DNA from: an uncultured cyanobacterium
GTDB lineage: Bacteria > Cyanobacteriota > Cyanobacteriia > Cyanobacteriales > CAWCAG01
Direction: 5' to 3'
Assembly: GCA_963793425.1 (NCBI GenBank)
Contig: CAWCAG010000005.1
Coordinates: 256,001 to 320,000, forward strand
Length of the DNA: 64,000 bases
In this document: positions 1-12,046 of the stretch, one piece after another
Position numbering within the stretch: the first letter of the stretch is position 1
Layout: the number at the start of each line of letters is the position of its first letter
Made by a program: the position numbers and the translations under genes
Notes under the pieces: model-generated
Seen by the model: the letters and a program-made list of their open reading frames with translations, nothing else
Databases searched by the model: none
What the model was told of the DNA's origin: nothing

Positions 1-1983
1 CTTGCCAACACTTCCCATGAACTTCGCACTCCCCTTAATGGTATGATTGGCATTGCAGAATCTATGATTGATGGTGCAACCGGAAAAATGTCTCCTCTAC
101 AAAGGCAAAATTTAGCACTGGTTGCTCAAAGTGGACATCGTTTGTCTAGCTTAATTAATGATATCCTCGACTTTGCTAAACTGAGGCACAAAAACATTGA
201 ACTACAACTAAAACCAGTAGGACTAAGGGCCGTTGTTGAAGTTGTCTTAAGCCTCAATAAAACCTTGGTTAGGGGTAGAAACGTGCAACTTATCAACGCT
301 GTACCCAGAGATTTACCGGCTGTAGAAGCTGATGAAAATCGCCTGCAACAAATTCTCCACAACCTGATTGGCAATGCCATTAAGTTTACCGAACAAGGTT
401 CTATAGAAGTCCATGCTGAACTCATGAATGAGCAGCAAAGTATTGCTGTTACTATCTCTGATACAGGTATTGGCATCCCGGCTGACAAACTAGACAGCAT
501 CTTTACCTCATTTGAACAGGCTGATGGTTCCACTGCTAGGGAATATGGCGGTACAGGCTTAGGTTTGGCAGTGACGAAAAAGCTAGTAGAGTTGCACAAG
601 GGGCAAATTTGGGTCAAGTCTGCTGTAGGAGAAGGTTCTGAGTTTAGCTTCACTTTACCTGTATCCTCTGTGGCTGCTTCAGCTTTTAGCCTTGAATCTT
701 CCTTAGCTAATCGCTCTGTCCCCAAGCTGCTAAGCTCAGAGGAAATAGAAGTAGACAGCAGCCCACAAGCCCCTAACTCCGAAGGTTTTAAAATTCTGAT
801 TGTGGATGACGAACCTGTTAATCTTCAAGTCCTTGTTAACCACCTATGCTTAGAAAACTATGTGATTACTCAAGCTGCAAATGGTAAGGAGGCCCTTGCC
901 GTGTTGGAAAATGGCCTGCGCCCTAATGTGATTTTGCTTGATGTCATGATGCCAAAAATGACAGGCTATGAAGTTTGCAAAAAAATTCGCAAAAAGTTTC
1001 CTGCCCATGAACTACCGATTTTGATGTTAACAGCCAAAAATCAGGTTAATGATTTGGTCGAAGGTTTGCAAGTAGGAGCTAATGATTATCTTACCAAACC
1101 GATTAATAAAAATGAATTATTAGCCCGTTTGAAAACTCATTTAAAATTGGCTAATATTAGTATGGCTTACGGTCGCTTTGTCCCCCATCAATTTCTCGAA
1201 TTCTTGAATAAAGAAAGTATTGTTGATGTTGAATTAGGGGATGAAGTAGAAAAAAAGATGTCTATTCTTTTTTCTGATATTCGTGACTTTACCAGCATTT
1301 CTGAAAAGATGAACCCGAAAGATAATTTTAAATTTATCAACGGTTTCTTTTCCCGTATGGAACCAGCAATTGTTGATAATAATGGCTTTGTTGATAAATA
1401 TATTGGCGATGCAATTATGGCTTTATTTAGTGGTTGTGCTGACGATGCCATTAAAGCTGGCATTGCCATGTTACAAAGTCTTAGTGAATACAATTTAACT
1501 AGGCAAAGACCAGGTAGACAGCCTTTAAGAATCGGTATTGGCATCAATACAGGCAACTTGATGTTAGGGACTGTAGGGGGAAAAAGTCGGATGGATGGGA
1601 CAGTAATTAGCGATGCTGTTAATTTAGCTTCTCGTGTTGAAAGTATTACTAAAGATTATGAGGTTGCTTTATTAATTACCCAAGCAACCTTTGCTGATTT
1701 AAAAAATTCTGATGATTATGCTATCCGGATTATTGCCCAAGTTCAAGTTAAAGGTAAATCCCAAACCACCCTAGTTTACGAAGTTTTTGATGCCGATCCT
1801 CCAGAAATCAAAGCTCATAAATTAGCAACTAAAGAATTATTTGAAGAAGCGCGATCCCTCTATGAAAAAAATCTTTGGGGTGAAGCTACAGAAAGATTTA
1901 CCCGCTGTCTGCAACAAAATCCAAGGGATAGAGTAGCACAAATTTATTTAGAACGTTGTGAGCAACAAACCTGTGTTAGTTAG
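1..1983 (+). CDS. Hybrid sensor kinase-receiver-adenylate/guanylate cyclase, 5' end outside the window
   Basis: Frame open from base 1 (LANTSHELRTPLNG = H-box); N/G1/F/G2 boxes; REC (ILIVDDE...LLDVMMP); class III cyclase motifs FSDIRDFT, KYIGDAIM, VNLASRVE. Confidence 0.9.
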   Translation, partial: LANTSHELRTPLNGMIGIAESMIDGATGKMSPLQRQNLALVAQSGHRLSSLINDILDFAKLRHKNIELQLKPVGLRAVVEVVLSLNKTLVRGRNVQLINAVPRDLPAVEADENRLQQILHNLIGNAIKFTEQGSIEVHAELMNEQQSIAVTISDTGIGIPADKLDSIFTSFEQADGSTAREYGGTGLGLAVTKKLVELHKGQIWVKSAVGEGSEFSFTLPVSSVAASAFSLESSLANRSVPKLLSSEEIEVDSSPQAPNSEGFKILIVDDEPVNLQVLVNHLCLENYVITQAANGKEALAVLENGLRPNVILLDVMMPKMTGYEVCKKIRKKFPAHELPILMLTAKNQVNDLVEGLQVGANDYLTKPINKNELLARLKTHLKLANISMAYGRFVPHQFLEFLNKESIVDVELGDEVEKKMSILFSDIRDFTSISEKMNPKDNFKFINGFFSRMEPAIVDNNGFVDKYIGDAIMALFSGCADDAIKAGIAMLQSLSEYNLTRQRPGRQPLRIGIGINTGNLMLGTVGGKSRMDGTVISDAVNLASRVESITKDYEVALLITQATFADLKNSDDYAIRIIAQVQVKGKSQTTLVYEVFDADPPEIKAHKLATKELFEEARSLYEKNLWGEATERFTRCLQQNPRDRVAQIYLERCEQQTCVS

Positions 1984-2132
1984 TACTGATCATCAATGCT
2001 TTAGCCCCTGGCAATCCACAATGTCAGACAATTGATCATTTCTCATTACTTTCAGGAAAAAGGAAGTTCAATCTCAAACTTTGTACAATACTTATAGCAT
2101 TAAGTTTTAAGACCTGAGCAAAACATAAAATA

Positions 2133-4196
2133 GTGATGACAGAAAATCCTTTATTAATCGGTTCCGGACTACCAGCTTTTGAGAAAATTACCCCAGAACA
2201 AGTAGTTCCGGCGGTAACTCAACTTTTAACAGAATTAGAAACAGAACTTACTAGCTTAGAAGCGAAAGTTACTCCCACTTGGTATGGTTTAGTAGAACCC
2301 CTTAATCGTATCGAAGAACGTTTGCGTTGGACTTGGGGTATTGTTGGGCATTTAATGGGAGTGAAAAATAGCCCCCAGTTACGGGAAGCGCAAGAAAAAG
2401 TTCAGCCGGAAGTGGTGAAGTTTATTAGTCGGTTGAATCAAAGCAAACCTATCTATGAGGCTTTTAAAGCCCTGGGAAAAGGAAAAGACTTTGAATCATC
2501 TCTCCAACCAGCCCAAAAGCGTATTGTGGAAGCTGCTATCAAAGATGCAGAGCTGGCTGGAGTTGGCTTAGAAGGAGAAAAGCGTGATCGCTTCAACGAA
2601 ATTCAACTTGAACTTGCAGAGTTGGGAACTAAGTTTTCTAATCATGTTTTAGACGCGACTAAAGCCTTTAGCCTGACCCTAACTACCCCGGAAGAAGTGG
2701 CCGGTTTGCCAGCAAGTTTGTTGAGTTTAGCAGCCCAAGCTGCAACGGAAGCAGGAGAAGCAGCAGCTACAGCAGAAAAAGGCCCTTGGCGCATTACTTT
2801 AGATTATCCTAGTTATGTTCCTTTCCTCAAATATAGTCAGCGCGAAGACTTACGAGAGAAAGTCTATAAAGCTTTTATTAGTCGTGCTTCCCAAGGAGAA
2901 TTAGATAATAATCCCTTAATTCAACGTATCTTGGAGTTGCGGCAAGACAAAGCCAATTTATTAGGATTTTCTAGCTATGCTCAATTGAGTTTAGCTAAGA
3001 AAATGGCTCCTGATGTCGCAGCAGTAGAAAAACTCTTAGAAGAATTGCGCCAGGTTAGTTATGAAGCAGCCCAGCAAGAATTTGCTGAATTAAAAACCTA
3101 TGCGGGTAAAGAAGACTTGCACCATTGGGATATTGGTTATTGGGCAGAAAAACAACGGGAAGAAAAATTTGCTTTCAATGAAGAAGAATTACGGCCCTAC
3201 TTCCCCTTAGCCCAAGTATTAGAAGGTTTATTTAACTTAAGTAAGCAGCTTTTTGGTATCACCATCACCCCCGCAGATGGGCAAGCCCCTGTATGGCAGG
3301 AAAATGTACGTTATTTTCAAATCGCTGATGAAACCGGAGAAGCGATCGCCAGCTTTTACCTCGATCCTTACAGTCGCCCCAGTGAAAAGCGTGGTGGGGC
3401 TTGGATGGATGAATGTCTAATTCGTGCCAAATTAAAAGAGGGAGTACGCTTACCCGTCGCTTACCTAGTTTGTAACCAAACTCCTCCGGTGGGGGATAAA
3501 CCTAGTTTAATGACCTTCAATGAAGTAGAAACCCTCTTCCATGAATTTGGTCATGGTTTGCAACATATGCTTACCAAAGTAGACTATCCGGGAGCCGCTG
3601 GGATTAATAATGTGGAATGGGATGCGGTGGAATTGCCCAGCCAATTTATGGAAAACTGGTGTTATCATCGCCCCACCCTTTTTGGGATGGCGAAGCATTA
3701 CGAAACAGGAGAAACTCTACCAGAACATTATTACGAAAAACTCAAAGCCGCCAAAAATTATCGCAGTGGTACAGCCATGTTACGCCAACTCCACTTTAGT
3801 CTGTTGGATTTAGAATTGCATCACCGCTATGAACCTCAAAGTCAAGAAACTCCCCAAGATATCAGAAACCACTTAGCCCAAACTACCACCGTCTTACCTC
3901 CCTTACCAGAAGACTCTTTCCTTTGTGCCTTCGGTCACATCTTTGCTGGTGGTTATGCTGCTGGGTACTATAGCTATAAATGGGCAGAAGTTCTCAGTGC
4001 CGATGCTTTCGCAGCTTTTGAGGAAGCTGGGCTGAGTGATGAAAGTGGAATCGCTTCTATGGGTAAACGTTTTCGAGACACAGTTTTGGCATTGGGTGGT
4101 AGCGTTCATCCTTTAGAAGTCTTTCAAGCTTTTCGAGGGCGAGAACCCCAGACTCAACCTTTATTAAGACATAGTGGGTTAGTTATTGCCAACTAG
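2133..4196 (+). CDS. prlC: Oligopeptidase A (M3 family metallopeptidase)
   Basis: 687 aa; FHEFGHGLQH zinc motif, KRGGAWM, HIFAGGYAAGYYSY. Confidence 0.93.
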   Translation: MMTENPLLIGSGLPAFEKITPEQVVPAVTQLLTELETELTSLEAKVTPTWYGLVEPLNRIEERLRWTWGIVGHLMGVKNSPQLREAQEKVQPEVVKFISRLNQSKPIYEAFKALGKGKDFESSLQPAQKRIVEAAIKDAELAGVGLEGEKRDRFNEIQLELAELGTKFSNHVLDATKAFSLTLTTPEEVAGLPASLLSLAAQAATEAGEAAATAEKGPWRITLDYPSYVPFLKYSQREDLREKVYKAFISRASQGELDNNPLIQRILELRQDKANLLGFSSYAQLSLAKKMAPDVAAVEKLLEELRQVSYEAAQQEFAELKTYAGKEDLHHWDIGYWAEKQREEKFAFNEEELRPYFPLAQVLEGLFNLSKQLFGITITPADGQAPVWQENVRYFQIADETGEAIASFYLDPYSRPSEKRGGAWMDECLIRAKLKEGVRLPVAYLVCNQTPPVGDKPSLMTFNEVETLFHEFGHGLQHMLTKVDYPGAAGINNVEWDAVELPSQFMENWCYHRPTLFGMAKHYETGETLPEHYYEKLKAAKNYRSGTAMLRQLHFSLLDLELHHRYEPQSQETPQDIRNHLAQTTTVLPPLPEDSFLCAFGHIFAGGYAAGYYSYKWAEVLSADAFAAFEEAGLSDESGIASMGKRFRDTVLALGGSVHPLEVFQAFRGREPQTQPLLRHSGLVIAN

Positions 4197-4417
4197 TTGT
4201 TTATACTAGGGTAGAATCAAGTTGGCAAGCTCTTAAGAGTGTATATACTTGAACAGCTATTTGAGGACAAAAGTGCTAAATTTTGGCAATAGCTTTATTA
4301 AATAGCTAAAGTATAACTAACCTAGCTGATGTGACTATCTTTAGTCGCAATAAATGAATTAATTCATTTAGCGGTTAGACTTGCCACTGCTCCTCTTGCT
4401 CCTTTAACTAACTTGTT

Positions 4418-7400
4418 ATGCAGCCGCGCCCTTCTTCCTCCGCCTTGCCTGCATTAGAAGATATCATTGATTATCAAACTTCTGTAGCGCTTTCTACTAC
4501 GTTAGTAGCTGAAGTTCTGCCTACCTTAGTTGGAACCGTTAATCATTGTCTTTTAAATAGTTCTTCTGCTCTAGATTCAAAGACAATAGAACAGACTCAC
4601 AGTAATTACATTATTGTTGAATCAAGGGAACACTTCCTAGGTATTTTAACTGAGCGAGATATTATTCGCCTCATCATTAGTAAGAGAAATTGGCGAAAAG
4701 TAGAAATTAGTGAAGTTGTCAGCCAATCTCCAGTTCCTTTCACCTTAGCTCAGAATTGTGATCTCTTTTCTATCTTGGCAGTATTTAGTAATAGAAAGAT
4801 TCACCATTTGCCAGTAATTAAAGGAGATAGCCAACAGATTGGCATCATCAACCTAGAGAGTCTTTACTCATTGCTCCCACCTGAGTTGATGACAGAAAGT
4901 AAGGTAGAAGAAGCGATGGTAACTCCGGTGGTTAAAACCTCCCCTAGCACTTCTTTGCTTGATGTTGCTCAGTTGATGGGAACTCACCAAGTTAGTTCCG
5001 TAGTTATTGCGACAGAAAAGGAAGGAGAAAGTGCTTTTTACCCTGTGGGGATAATTACTGAACAAGACTTAATCCAGTATCTTTATTTGGGAGTCAGTTT
5101 CTCCACCTTAGAAGCCCAAAAAGTAATGAGAACAACCTCATTTTCTCTCCAGCCCCAGGACTCCCTCCAGAAAGCTTACCAAAAAATGCAGCAGCAAAAA
5201 TCAAAGCATTTGGTAGTGGTTAATCAAGAAGGGGCTTTACAAGGAGTAATTACGCAAATGAGCTTGCTGCGTTCGTTGGATTTGGAACTGCCTGAAGCAC
5301 CTAACTTAGTTGAAGTTAAGCAAAGTCAAATAGAAGAAATAAACCAACGCTTAGAAGAAGAAATAAATCAACGTCAAGCCGCAGAAGCAGCCTTTCGTGA
5401 ACAGCAAATTCGCCTAGAATTAATTAATAGTATTGCCCTGAATGTAACAGCAGATATGTCTTGGGAAGAAATTACTGCCTATACAGTAGAGCAAGTGAGC
5501 AATTATTTTCCCTATCTGCGAGTTGACTATTCTACTATTGACCAGCACAATAAAATAACTATCATTAATTCCGCAGGGCTAAAAGAAATACCCTCTGTAG
5601 TGGGTACTGTAGTTGATCTTTCTGCCGCTCCAAAATACCTGCAAGCTTTAAGAAACAACAAATTAGTTACTATCAATGATGTTAGGGCTAATTCTCCTTT
5701 AGAACCTCTTTTAGAGCAACTCTCAGCCGTAGCAATTAATTCTCTCCTTGATGTTCCTATTTTTCATGGTCAGGGTCTAATCGGTTTATTAAGCTTTTCT
5801 AGCCCCACTAGCCATTTTTGGAGCGAGGGGGAAAAGACAACACTCCATTCTGTGGCAGACTGGCTAGCCTTTGCCCTTAAACAAGCCCACTCTCAACAAG
5901 AAAAACATAAAACAACAACTCAATTAAATTCTACAGCTTCGCGACTCACTGCCTTAATTGAAAATCTCCAAAGCGGAATTTTGGTAGAAGATGAATTCAG
6001 AAAAATTGCCCTGGTCAATGAAAAATTCTGCGAACTATTTGCTATCCAGGCTAATCCTCAAGACCTTATTGGTATAGATTGTAGCAATGCTGCCCAAGAG
6101 AGTAAACACTCATTTGCCCATCCAGAACAGTTTGTTGAACGGGTACAACAAATAATTAACCAACGCCAGGTTGTGGTTAATGAAGAAATAGCCTTTACAG
6201 ATGGTCGAGTAATGGAACGGGACTATATCCCTATTTTCATTGGTGATCGCTTCGGTGGGCATTTGTGGAAATACAAAGATATTAGTGATCGCGTCCGCAA
6301 TCGCTTAGCGCTTCAACAGCAACTGCAACAAGCTGTCTTAATCGAAAAGATCACCACAGAAATTCGCCAAAGTCTAGACTCAGAACATATTTTTCAGACC
6401 ACTGTTAAGCAAATTGGCCAAGCTTTTGGAGTTAGTCGTTGTTTGCTCCATACTTATAAAGCTATTCCTATCCCAGAAGTTCCCATAGTTGCAGAATACT
6501 TAAAAGGAGATTATTACTCTTTAGCTCAAACCAAAATTCCTGTAGCAAATAATGCCCATGCCCAAGCCGTTTTAGCCCAAGATGGAGCTATCACTTCTGA
6601 TGATGTAACTGTAGAGCCTTTACTCCAACCAGTACAGGAACTTTGTCAACAGCTTGAGGTTAAATCCATGTTAGCCATTCGTACCTCCTATCAAGGGGAG
6701 GCTAATGGAATTTTAGCCCTTCATCAGTGCGATCGCCTTCGCAACTGGAGTAACGAAGAAATTAAGCTGCTGGAAACTGTAGCAGCCCAAGTCGGCATTG
6801 CCTTGGCACAAGCCCGTTTATTAGAGCAGGAAAAACGGCAAAGAGAAACCTTAGCAGAACAAAACTTTGCTTTAGAAAGGCTGATTAGTACCGCAGAGCA
6901 AGCAAATCGAGCTAAAAGCGAGTTTCTAGCGATGATGAGCCACGAAATTCGCACCCCCATGAATGCGGTTATTGGCATGACGGATCTTCTGCTTGATACA
7001 GACTTAACTTACCAGCAAAGGGACTTTAGCCAAACTATCCGTAGTAGTGGCGAAGCTTTACTAGGCATCATTAATGATATTCTTGACTTTTCTAAGATTG
7101 AAGCAGGGAAACTTGACTTAGAAGAAGAGCCTTTTAACTTAAGAACCTGTATTGAGGAATCTTTAGATATCGTTGCTCCTAAAGCAGCAAAAAAAGACCT
7201 TGAACTGGCTTACCTAATCGATAAAGGTACACCAGAAAACATTATTGGCGATATTACCCGCACTCGACAAATTTTTGTCAACCTATTAGGCAATGCTGTC
7301 AAATTTACAGAAAAAGGTGAAGTAACTATTTCTGTCATTGTTAGGCGGTTGGATACAGGAGTTAATAGTGCCGTTGCTAATTTAGACGAAGACTTGAGCG

Positions 7401-8896
7401 CCAATAAATATGCGATTCGCTTTGAAGTTAGAGATACAGGTATTGGCATCGCCGCAGATCGTTTAGGCAGTTTGTTCAAACCTTTTAGTCAAATTAGTTC
7501 TTCGATTAGCCGTCACTATGGAGGAACAGGACTAGGGCTAGCTATTTCTCAACGTTTATGTGAGATGATGGGGGGCAGGATTTGGGCTGATAGCGATGTC
7601 GGTAGGGGTTCTACCTTTTATTTTTCCATCGTTACTGAGTCAGTAGATGAGCAAACTTCCACCTCACAAGAAAGCTCTTTACTAGCTCAAAAATGCCTCT
7701 TAATTGTTGAACCTCACCAAATCAATCGAGACAACCTCACTATCCAAGCTCAATCTTGGCAAATGGATACCATTGCTGTTGCCTCTCCAGAAGCAGCTTT
7801 AGAGCTATTGAAGCAAAAAAAAGTTGATGCGGCCGTATTTGACCGACAAATGCCAGGAGTTACCCAGCCAACTTTAGCCGAATCAATTCATCAACAACCC
7901 AACTATCGAGAGTTACCCTTAATTTTATTAGGGAATATTGGGCAACAAGAAACTGCTCAGCTTCAGGTTAATTCTCAAGCCATTTTTTCTGTAATTAAGC
8001 CTGTTAAAAAGTCCCAGCTATACTACAGCTTAATTGAAGCTTTTCGTGGTAAACCTCCTGTGGTGAAGAAAAACCCCAAACACTCTTTATATCTTGATGC
8101 CGAAATGGCCAGAAAGCATCCTCTAAATATCTTGGTTGCCGAGGATCACTCAGTTAACCAAAAAATGGCTCTATTAATTTTACAAAGATTGGGTTATCAA
8201 GGGGATCTTGCTAATAATGGACTTAAGGCCCTTGAAGCAGTCGCCAAGAAGAACTATGATGTCATACTCATGGATGTACAAATGCCAGAGATGGATGGTT
8301 TAGAAGCTACTACTCGCATTCGCCGAGAACTACCAGAAGCCCAAAGACCAAGAATTATTGCCTTAACAGCAAGTGCAATGCAAGGAGATCAAGAAGAATG
8401 CTTAGCTGCTGGTATGGATGATTATATCAGTAAGCCCATTAGGATTGAAGAATTGGTTAAAGCATTATATAAATGTCAGTCTTTTGAAGAAAATCCAGTA
8501 ACATTACCTGAATTAAGCAATCCTGAACCAGAATCTGAATCTTCAGTAATTAATGCTGAGGCTTTAGAAGAAATTAAAGACATGGCAGGAGAAGATGCTG
8601 CTGAGTTTTTAGTGGAGATGATTGATTGTTATTTGGGGGAATCTCCGGAACTGATGGCAGCTATTGAACAAGCTATTTCTGATGATAATGCCAACGCTTT
8701 ACGCAACTCCGCTCACTCTTTTAAATCTAACAGTGCTACATTAGGAGCTACAAAATTAACTCAACTGTGTAAAGAGCTAGAATTGATGGGTAAAGCTGGT
8801 ACAACTGCTGGAGGCGCAGATAAATTAAGTCAATTACAAATTGAGTACGAAAAAGCTAAGCTCGCTTTAGAAGAGGAACGGCAGAGATATTTATGA
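4418..8896 (+). CDS. Hybrid histidine kinase (CBS pairs-GAF-PAS-GAF-HisKA-HATPase-REC-REC-Hpt)
   Basis: GILTERD/GIITEQD CBS motifs, [11 protein letters not shown]-box, GGTGLGL, two receiver domains, AHSFKSNS Hpt motif. Confidence 0.92.
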   Translation: MQPRPSSSALPALEDIIDYQTSVALSTTLVAEVLPTLVGTVNHCLLNSSSALDSKTIEQTHSNYIIVESREHFLGILTERDIIRLIISKRNWRKVEISEVVSQSPVPFTLAQNCDLFSILAVFSNRKIHHLPVIKGDSQQIGIINLESLYSLLPPELMTESKVEEAMVTPVVKTSPSTSLLDVAQLMGTHQVSSVVIATEKEGESAFYPVGIITEQDLIQYLYLGVSFSTLEAQKVMRTTSFSLQPQDSLQKAYQKMQQQKSKHLVVVNQEGALQGVITQMSLLRSLDLELPEAPNLVEVKQSQIEEINQRLEEEINQRQAAEAAFREQQIRLELINSIALNVTADMSWEEITAYTVEQVSNYFPYLRVDYSTIDQHNKITIINSAGLKEIPSVVGTVVDLSAAPKYLQALRNNKLVTINDVRANSPLEPLLEQLSAVAINSLLDVPIFHGQGLIGLLSFSSPTSHFWSEGEKTTLHSVADWLAFALKQAHSQQEKHKTTTQLNSTASRLTALIENLQSGILVEDEFRKIALVNEKFCELFAIQANPQDLIGIDCSNAAQESKHSFAHPEQFVERVQQIINQRQVVVNEEIAFTDGRVMERDYIPIFIGDRFGGHLWKYKDISDRVRNRLALQQQLQQAVLIEKITTEIRQSLDSEHIFQTTVKQIGQAFGVSRCLLHTYKAIPIPEVPIVAEYLKGDYYSLAQTKIPVANNAHAQAVLAQDGAITSDDVTVEPLLQPVQELCQQLEVKSMLAIRTSYQGEANGILALHQCDRLRNWSNEEIKLLETVAAQVGIALAQARLLEQEKRQRETLAEQNFALERLISTAEQANRAKSEFLAMMSHEIRTPMNAVIGMTDLLLDTDLTYQQRDFSQTIRSSGEALLGIINDILDFSKIEAGKLDLEEEPFNLRTCIEESLDIVAPKAAKKDLELAYLIDKGTPENIIGDITRTRQIFVNLLGNAVKFTEKGEVTISVIVRRLDTGVNSAVANLDEDLSANKYAIRFEVRDTGIGIAADRLGSLFKPFSQISSSISRHYGGTGLGLAISQRLCEMMGGRIWADSDVGRGSTFYFSIVTESVDEQTSTSQESSLLAQKCLLIVEPHQINRDNLTIQAQSWQMDTIAVASPEAALELLKQKKVDAAVFDRQMPGVTQPTLAESIHQQPNYRELPLILLGNIGQQETAQLQVNSQAIFSVIKPVKKSQLYYSLIEAFRGKPPVVKKNPKHSLYLDAEMARKHPLNILVAEDHSVNQKMALLILQRLGYQGDLANNGLKALEAVAKKNYDVILMDVQMPEMDGLEATTRIRRELPEAQRPRIIALTASAMQGDQEECLAAGMDDYISKPIRIEELVKALYKCQSFEENPVTLPELSNPEPESESSVINAEALEEIKDMAGEDAAEFLVEMIDCYLGESPELMAAIEQAISDDNANALRNSAHSFKSNSATLGATKLTQLCKELELMGKAGTTAGGADKLSQLQIEYEKAKLALEEERQRYL

Positions 8897-8961
8897 TCAG
8901 TAGATACTTCTGGTGTTCCCGAATCCCTACGCCCTATCCTTGAAAGCTAAATTTTCTACCC

Positions 8962-9957
8962 GTGACAAGTATAACTAGCCAAAGTCAGAAGCAACCGCTC
9001 ATTATGGTTGTAGATGATGAAAAATTAATTAGGATGCAACTACGACAAGCTATTCACAAGGAAGGTTATCAGGTTGTTGAAGCTCATAATGGGCAGCAAT
9101 GTCTTACTATGTACGAGGAACTACATCCGGATCTGATTCTTTTAGATGCGATGATGCCGGTTATGGATGGTTTCACCTGCTGTCAAGAATTACAACAAGT
9201 TAGCAAAGGTTCCCGAACACCAGTTCTGATTATTACCGGATTAGAAGATCAAGAATCTGTGGATCGTGCTTTTGAAGCGGGGGCTACAGATTTTATTACT
9301 AAACCTGTACGTTGGGCTGTACTACGCCAAAGAATTCGACGCTTGATTAATCAGGCTTATCTTTATCAACAATTAGAAGAAACTAACTATGCTTTAGAAC
9401 GCTTGGCTTCTTTAGATGGTTTAACTCAAATTGCTAACCGTCGCCGTTTTGATGAGTTTATTAAAATCGAGTGGCAGAGAATGATGCGGGAACAAAAACC
9501 CCTTTCTGTAATTCTGGGCGACCTAGATTTTTTCAAAGCTTATAATGATCTTTATGGTCACCAAGCCGGAGATCATTGTTTACGACAAGTGGCTCTGGCT
9601 TTAAAAGACTCTGCTCAACGTTCTTCAGATTTAGTAGCCCGTTATGGTGGAGAAGAGTTTGCTGTTGTTTTACCGAATACTGATGGGCAGAATGCCGTTA
9701 AGGTAGCAGAAAAAATCTGTAGGAAAGTAGAGCAGCTAAAAATTCAACACCAAGGCTCTTCAATTGCTTCTTTTGTTACCATGAGTTTAGGAGTTGCTAC
9801 AACCATTCCCTCTATCAAAGGTAACTGGGAACGAATATTGCGAGATGCTGATCAAGCTCTTTATCAAGCTAAGGATAGAGGTAAAAACAATGTTGTGTTC
9901 CGGACTCCAGCAGAACTATTACCTTTAGCTAATGTAGCCTTTGTTAATGAGCCTTGA
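8962..9957 (+). CDS. Response regulator diguanylate cyclase (REC-GGDEF)
   Basis: REC domain, DGLTQIANRR, RSSD I-site and GGEEF active site; directly follows the Hpt kinase. Confidence 0.92.
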   Translation: MTSITSQSQKQPLIMVVDDEKLIRMQLRQAIHKEGYQVVEAHNGQQCLTMYEELHPDLILLDAMMPVMDGFTCCQELQQVSKGSRTPVLIITGLEDQESVDRAFEAGATDFITKPVRWAVLRQRIRRLINQAYLYQQLEETNYALERLASLDGLTQIANRRRFDEFIKIEWQRMMREQKPLSVILGDLDFFKAYNDLYGHQAGDHCLRQVALALKDSAQRSSDLVARYGGEEFAVVLPNTDGQNAVKVAEKICRKVEQLKIQHQGSSIASFVTMSLGVATTIPSIKGNWERILRDADQALYQAKDRGKNNVVFRTPAELLPLANVAFVNEP

Positions 9958-9984
9958 GGTCAAAGAATGATTATTTGAGGGCAT

Positions 9985-11124
9985 TTATTCTGGGGTGGCT
10001 CTGGTTATAGCTAAAACTGCATTTTGTCCCCCAAAACCAAAACTAAAACAAAGGGCATTCTGAAAATGTCCTTGCTGGGGTTGAGTTAGTACATTCAAAG
10101 CAAACTCAGACTCCTTTAAACCCACGCAAGGAGGTAAAATCTGTTGTTGTAAAGCTAACAGACTAAAGGCTGTACCAATTGCTCCTGAAGCCCCTAAAGT
10201 GTGGCCAGTAGCCCCTTTAGTTGAGCTTACTGCAACCCCTGGCGGAAAAAGTTTTTCAATCAACTTGGCTTCGTTGCGATCATTGAGTTGAGTACTTGTA
10301 CCGTGGGCATGGATATAATCAATATCCAGGGGAAAAAGATTACTGTTGTGCAAACATTGCTTAATGGCAGAAATACCGCTACTACCATTGGGGTTAGGGG
10401 CAGAGATATGATAACCATCAGCCGTTAAACCAAAACCTAAAATTTGTCCGTAAACTTTGGCTTTTCTTTCCCTAGCTAATTCTGCCGTTTCTAAAACCAA
10501 AACCGCCCCTCCTTCTCCCAAAGCTAAGCCCTCTCTAAGGCGATCAAAAGGATAACAACCTGTTTTAGCTAAAGCACCCATTTTCTCAAAGCCAGCTAAG
10601 GTTAAGGGGGTAATAGGTGCTTCTACCGCCCCCACAATAACCCTTTGACATTCCCCCATTTGTAGCAACTCCCAACCTCTTGCGATCGCCCAAATCCCTG
10701 TAGCACAAGCTGCCATTGGTGCGAGTACCTGGGCTTGGGAACCAATCTTAATTGCAGTTGCGATTCCAGCTTGGTGAGGTAAAGTATTAAGCCAGTTACT
10801 CAAATCTTGGGGTTGTCCTCTCATTAACTCTTCCCAAACCCCCTGACAGCCACGACTAGAACCAACTACAACTCCACAGTCTGTTAAAGGGGCTATAAGT
10901 CCTGAATCTTCTAAAGCAGCATCAACAATTAATTGAGTTAAGGGGATTAACTGGGCCGAAGTTTCACCAATTAAAGCCATCGGCAAAGGACTAATTTCCC
11001 CGAAAGGTTGTCGCAACTTAACAGCACTTTCCCCAGCTAATAAACGTTGCCAACTAGTAGAGAGAGAACCTAAAGCAGAAATTAAACCAATACCAGTAAC
11101 AACAACTTCCCTTTTCGCCATCAA
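9985..11124 (-). CDS. Beta-ketoacyl-ACP synthase (FabF-like paralogue)
   Basis: VVVTGIG start; Cys-His-His triad in AACATG, HAHGTST, GHTLGA; SFGFGG. Confidence 0.88.
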   Translation of the reverse strand: MMAKREVVVTGIGLISALGSLSTSWQRLLAGESAVKLRQPFGEISPLPMALIGETSAQLIPLTQLIVDAALEDSGLIAPLTDCGVVVGSSRGCQGVWEELMRGQPQDLSNWLNTLPHQAGIATAIKIGSQAQVLAPMAACATGIWAIARGWELLQMGECQRVIVGAVEAPITPLTLAGFEKMGALAKTGCYPFDRLREGLALGEGGAVLVLETAELARERKAKVYGQILGFGLTADGYHISAPNPNGSSGISAIKQCLHNSNLFPLDIDYIHAHGTSTQLNDRNEAKLIEKLFPPGVAVSSTKGATGHTLGASGAIGTAFSLLALQQQILPPCVGLKESEFALNVLTQPQQGHFQNALCFSFGFGGQNAVLAITRATPE

Positions 11125-11144
11125 TTACCGACTACAAATGCCTA

Positions 11145-11225
11145 TAAGTAATAAATAATATGTTCTTTACTATTACTTATTACTTATTACTTATTACTTA
11201 TTACTTATTACTTATTACTTATTAC
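11145..11225. repeat. Heptamer tandem repeat (TTATTAC)x7 plus a partial unit, preceded by inverted TAAGTAATAA units (STRR-like)
   Basis: Directly visible; same unit at 46686-46767 and 60172-60203. Confidence 0.9.
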
Positions 11226-11232
11226 TTTCCCC

Positions 11233-12024
11233 TCACTCCTCACCACCAGTCTTCAAATTATCCAACCCGGCTGTCACCTCAGCAGACTCAATTTTATCTC
11301 CTTGTTGGATTTGATCCACAGTCTCCATTCCTTCAGTTACATAACCAAACACAGCATAGCTAGCATCCAAAAAAGGTAAATCTGCTAAAGCGATATAAAA
11401 TTGAGAAGAAGCAGAATCTGGCATTTGGGAACGAGCCATAGCCACAGCGCCTCTGGTATGCTTAAGGGCTGGAGGAGTGTCTAATGTTTTGCTATAAACT
11501 GGTTCTTCTCCATCTTCTGGGGTGATTTCCAAAGGAATGTAGCGAGTTTTTCCGGTATCTGGATCTTCGTAACCTCCAGTCCCTAAACGGCTAGTGGGGA
11601 AGTTAGAATTCTTACTTTGAGGATCGCCTCCTTGGGCAACAAAAGGTTGAGGCTCTTTGACTACCCGGTGGAATACGATACCGTCATAAAAGCCTTTATT
11701 GACCAAATCAACAAAATTACCTGCTGAAATAGGTGCTTTGTCCCCGTCAATTTCCATGGTAATTGGTGAACCTTTAACGGTCATTACTACCGTTGCTTTG
11801 CCTTCTAATCGAGGTAATTGAGCCATTTCTTGATTATCTACTTTAGTAGCGTTAATAGATTTTTTAGTTTCTTGAGTTTCTGTCTGGGTTTCTTCTGTTT
11901 CTGCTTGGGTAGTTTCTTCTTTTACCGAAACATCTTGATCCGTAGCAGCACATCCTCCTAATGTCCCAATTCCAATAACTGCAATTAGAATTAGTGCCAG
12001 ACAGTTTGATAAATTAATTTTCAT
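11233..12024 (-). CDS. Cyclophilin-type peptidyl-prolyl isomerase, probable lipoprotein
   Basis: Lipobox [40 protein letters not shown]. Confidence 0.92.
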   Translation of the reverse strand: MKINLSNCLALILIAVIGIGTLGGCAATDQDVSVKEETTQAETEETQTETQETKKSINATKVDNQEMAQLPRLEGKATVVMTVKGSPITMEIDGDKAPISAGNFVDLVNKGFYDGIVFHRVVKEPQPFVAQGGDPQSKNSNFPTSRLGTGGYEDPDTGKTRYIPLEITPEDGEEPVYSKTLDTPPALKHTRGAVAMARSQMPDSASSQFYIALADLPFLDASYAVFGYVTEGMETVDQIQQGDKIESAEVTAGLDNLKTGGEE

Positions 12025-12046
12025 TGTTCTTGATACTCAACCTAGA

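Noticed and set aside
126..1556. Antisense ORFs such as 126-725, 1188-1556, 36024-36695 and 37312-37629
   Set aside because: Shadow frames of well-supported genes, with no recognisable motifs.
11160..11363. ORFs with LLITYY repeats (also 60020-60217)
   Set aside because: They are translations of the heptamer repeat and overlap real genes or the tRNA on the opposite strand.
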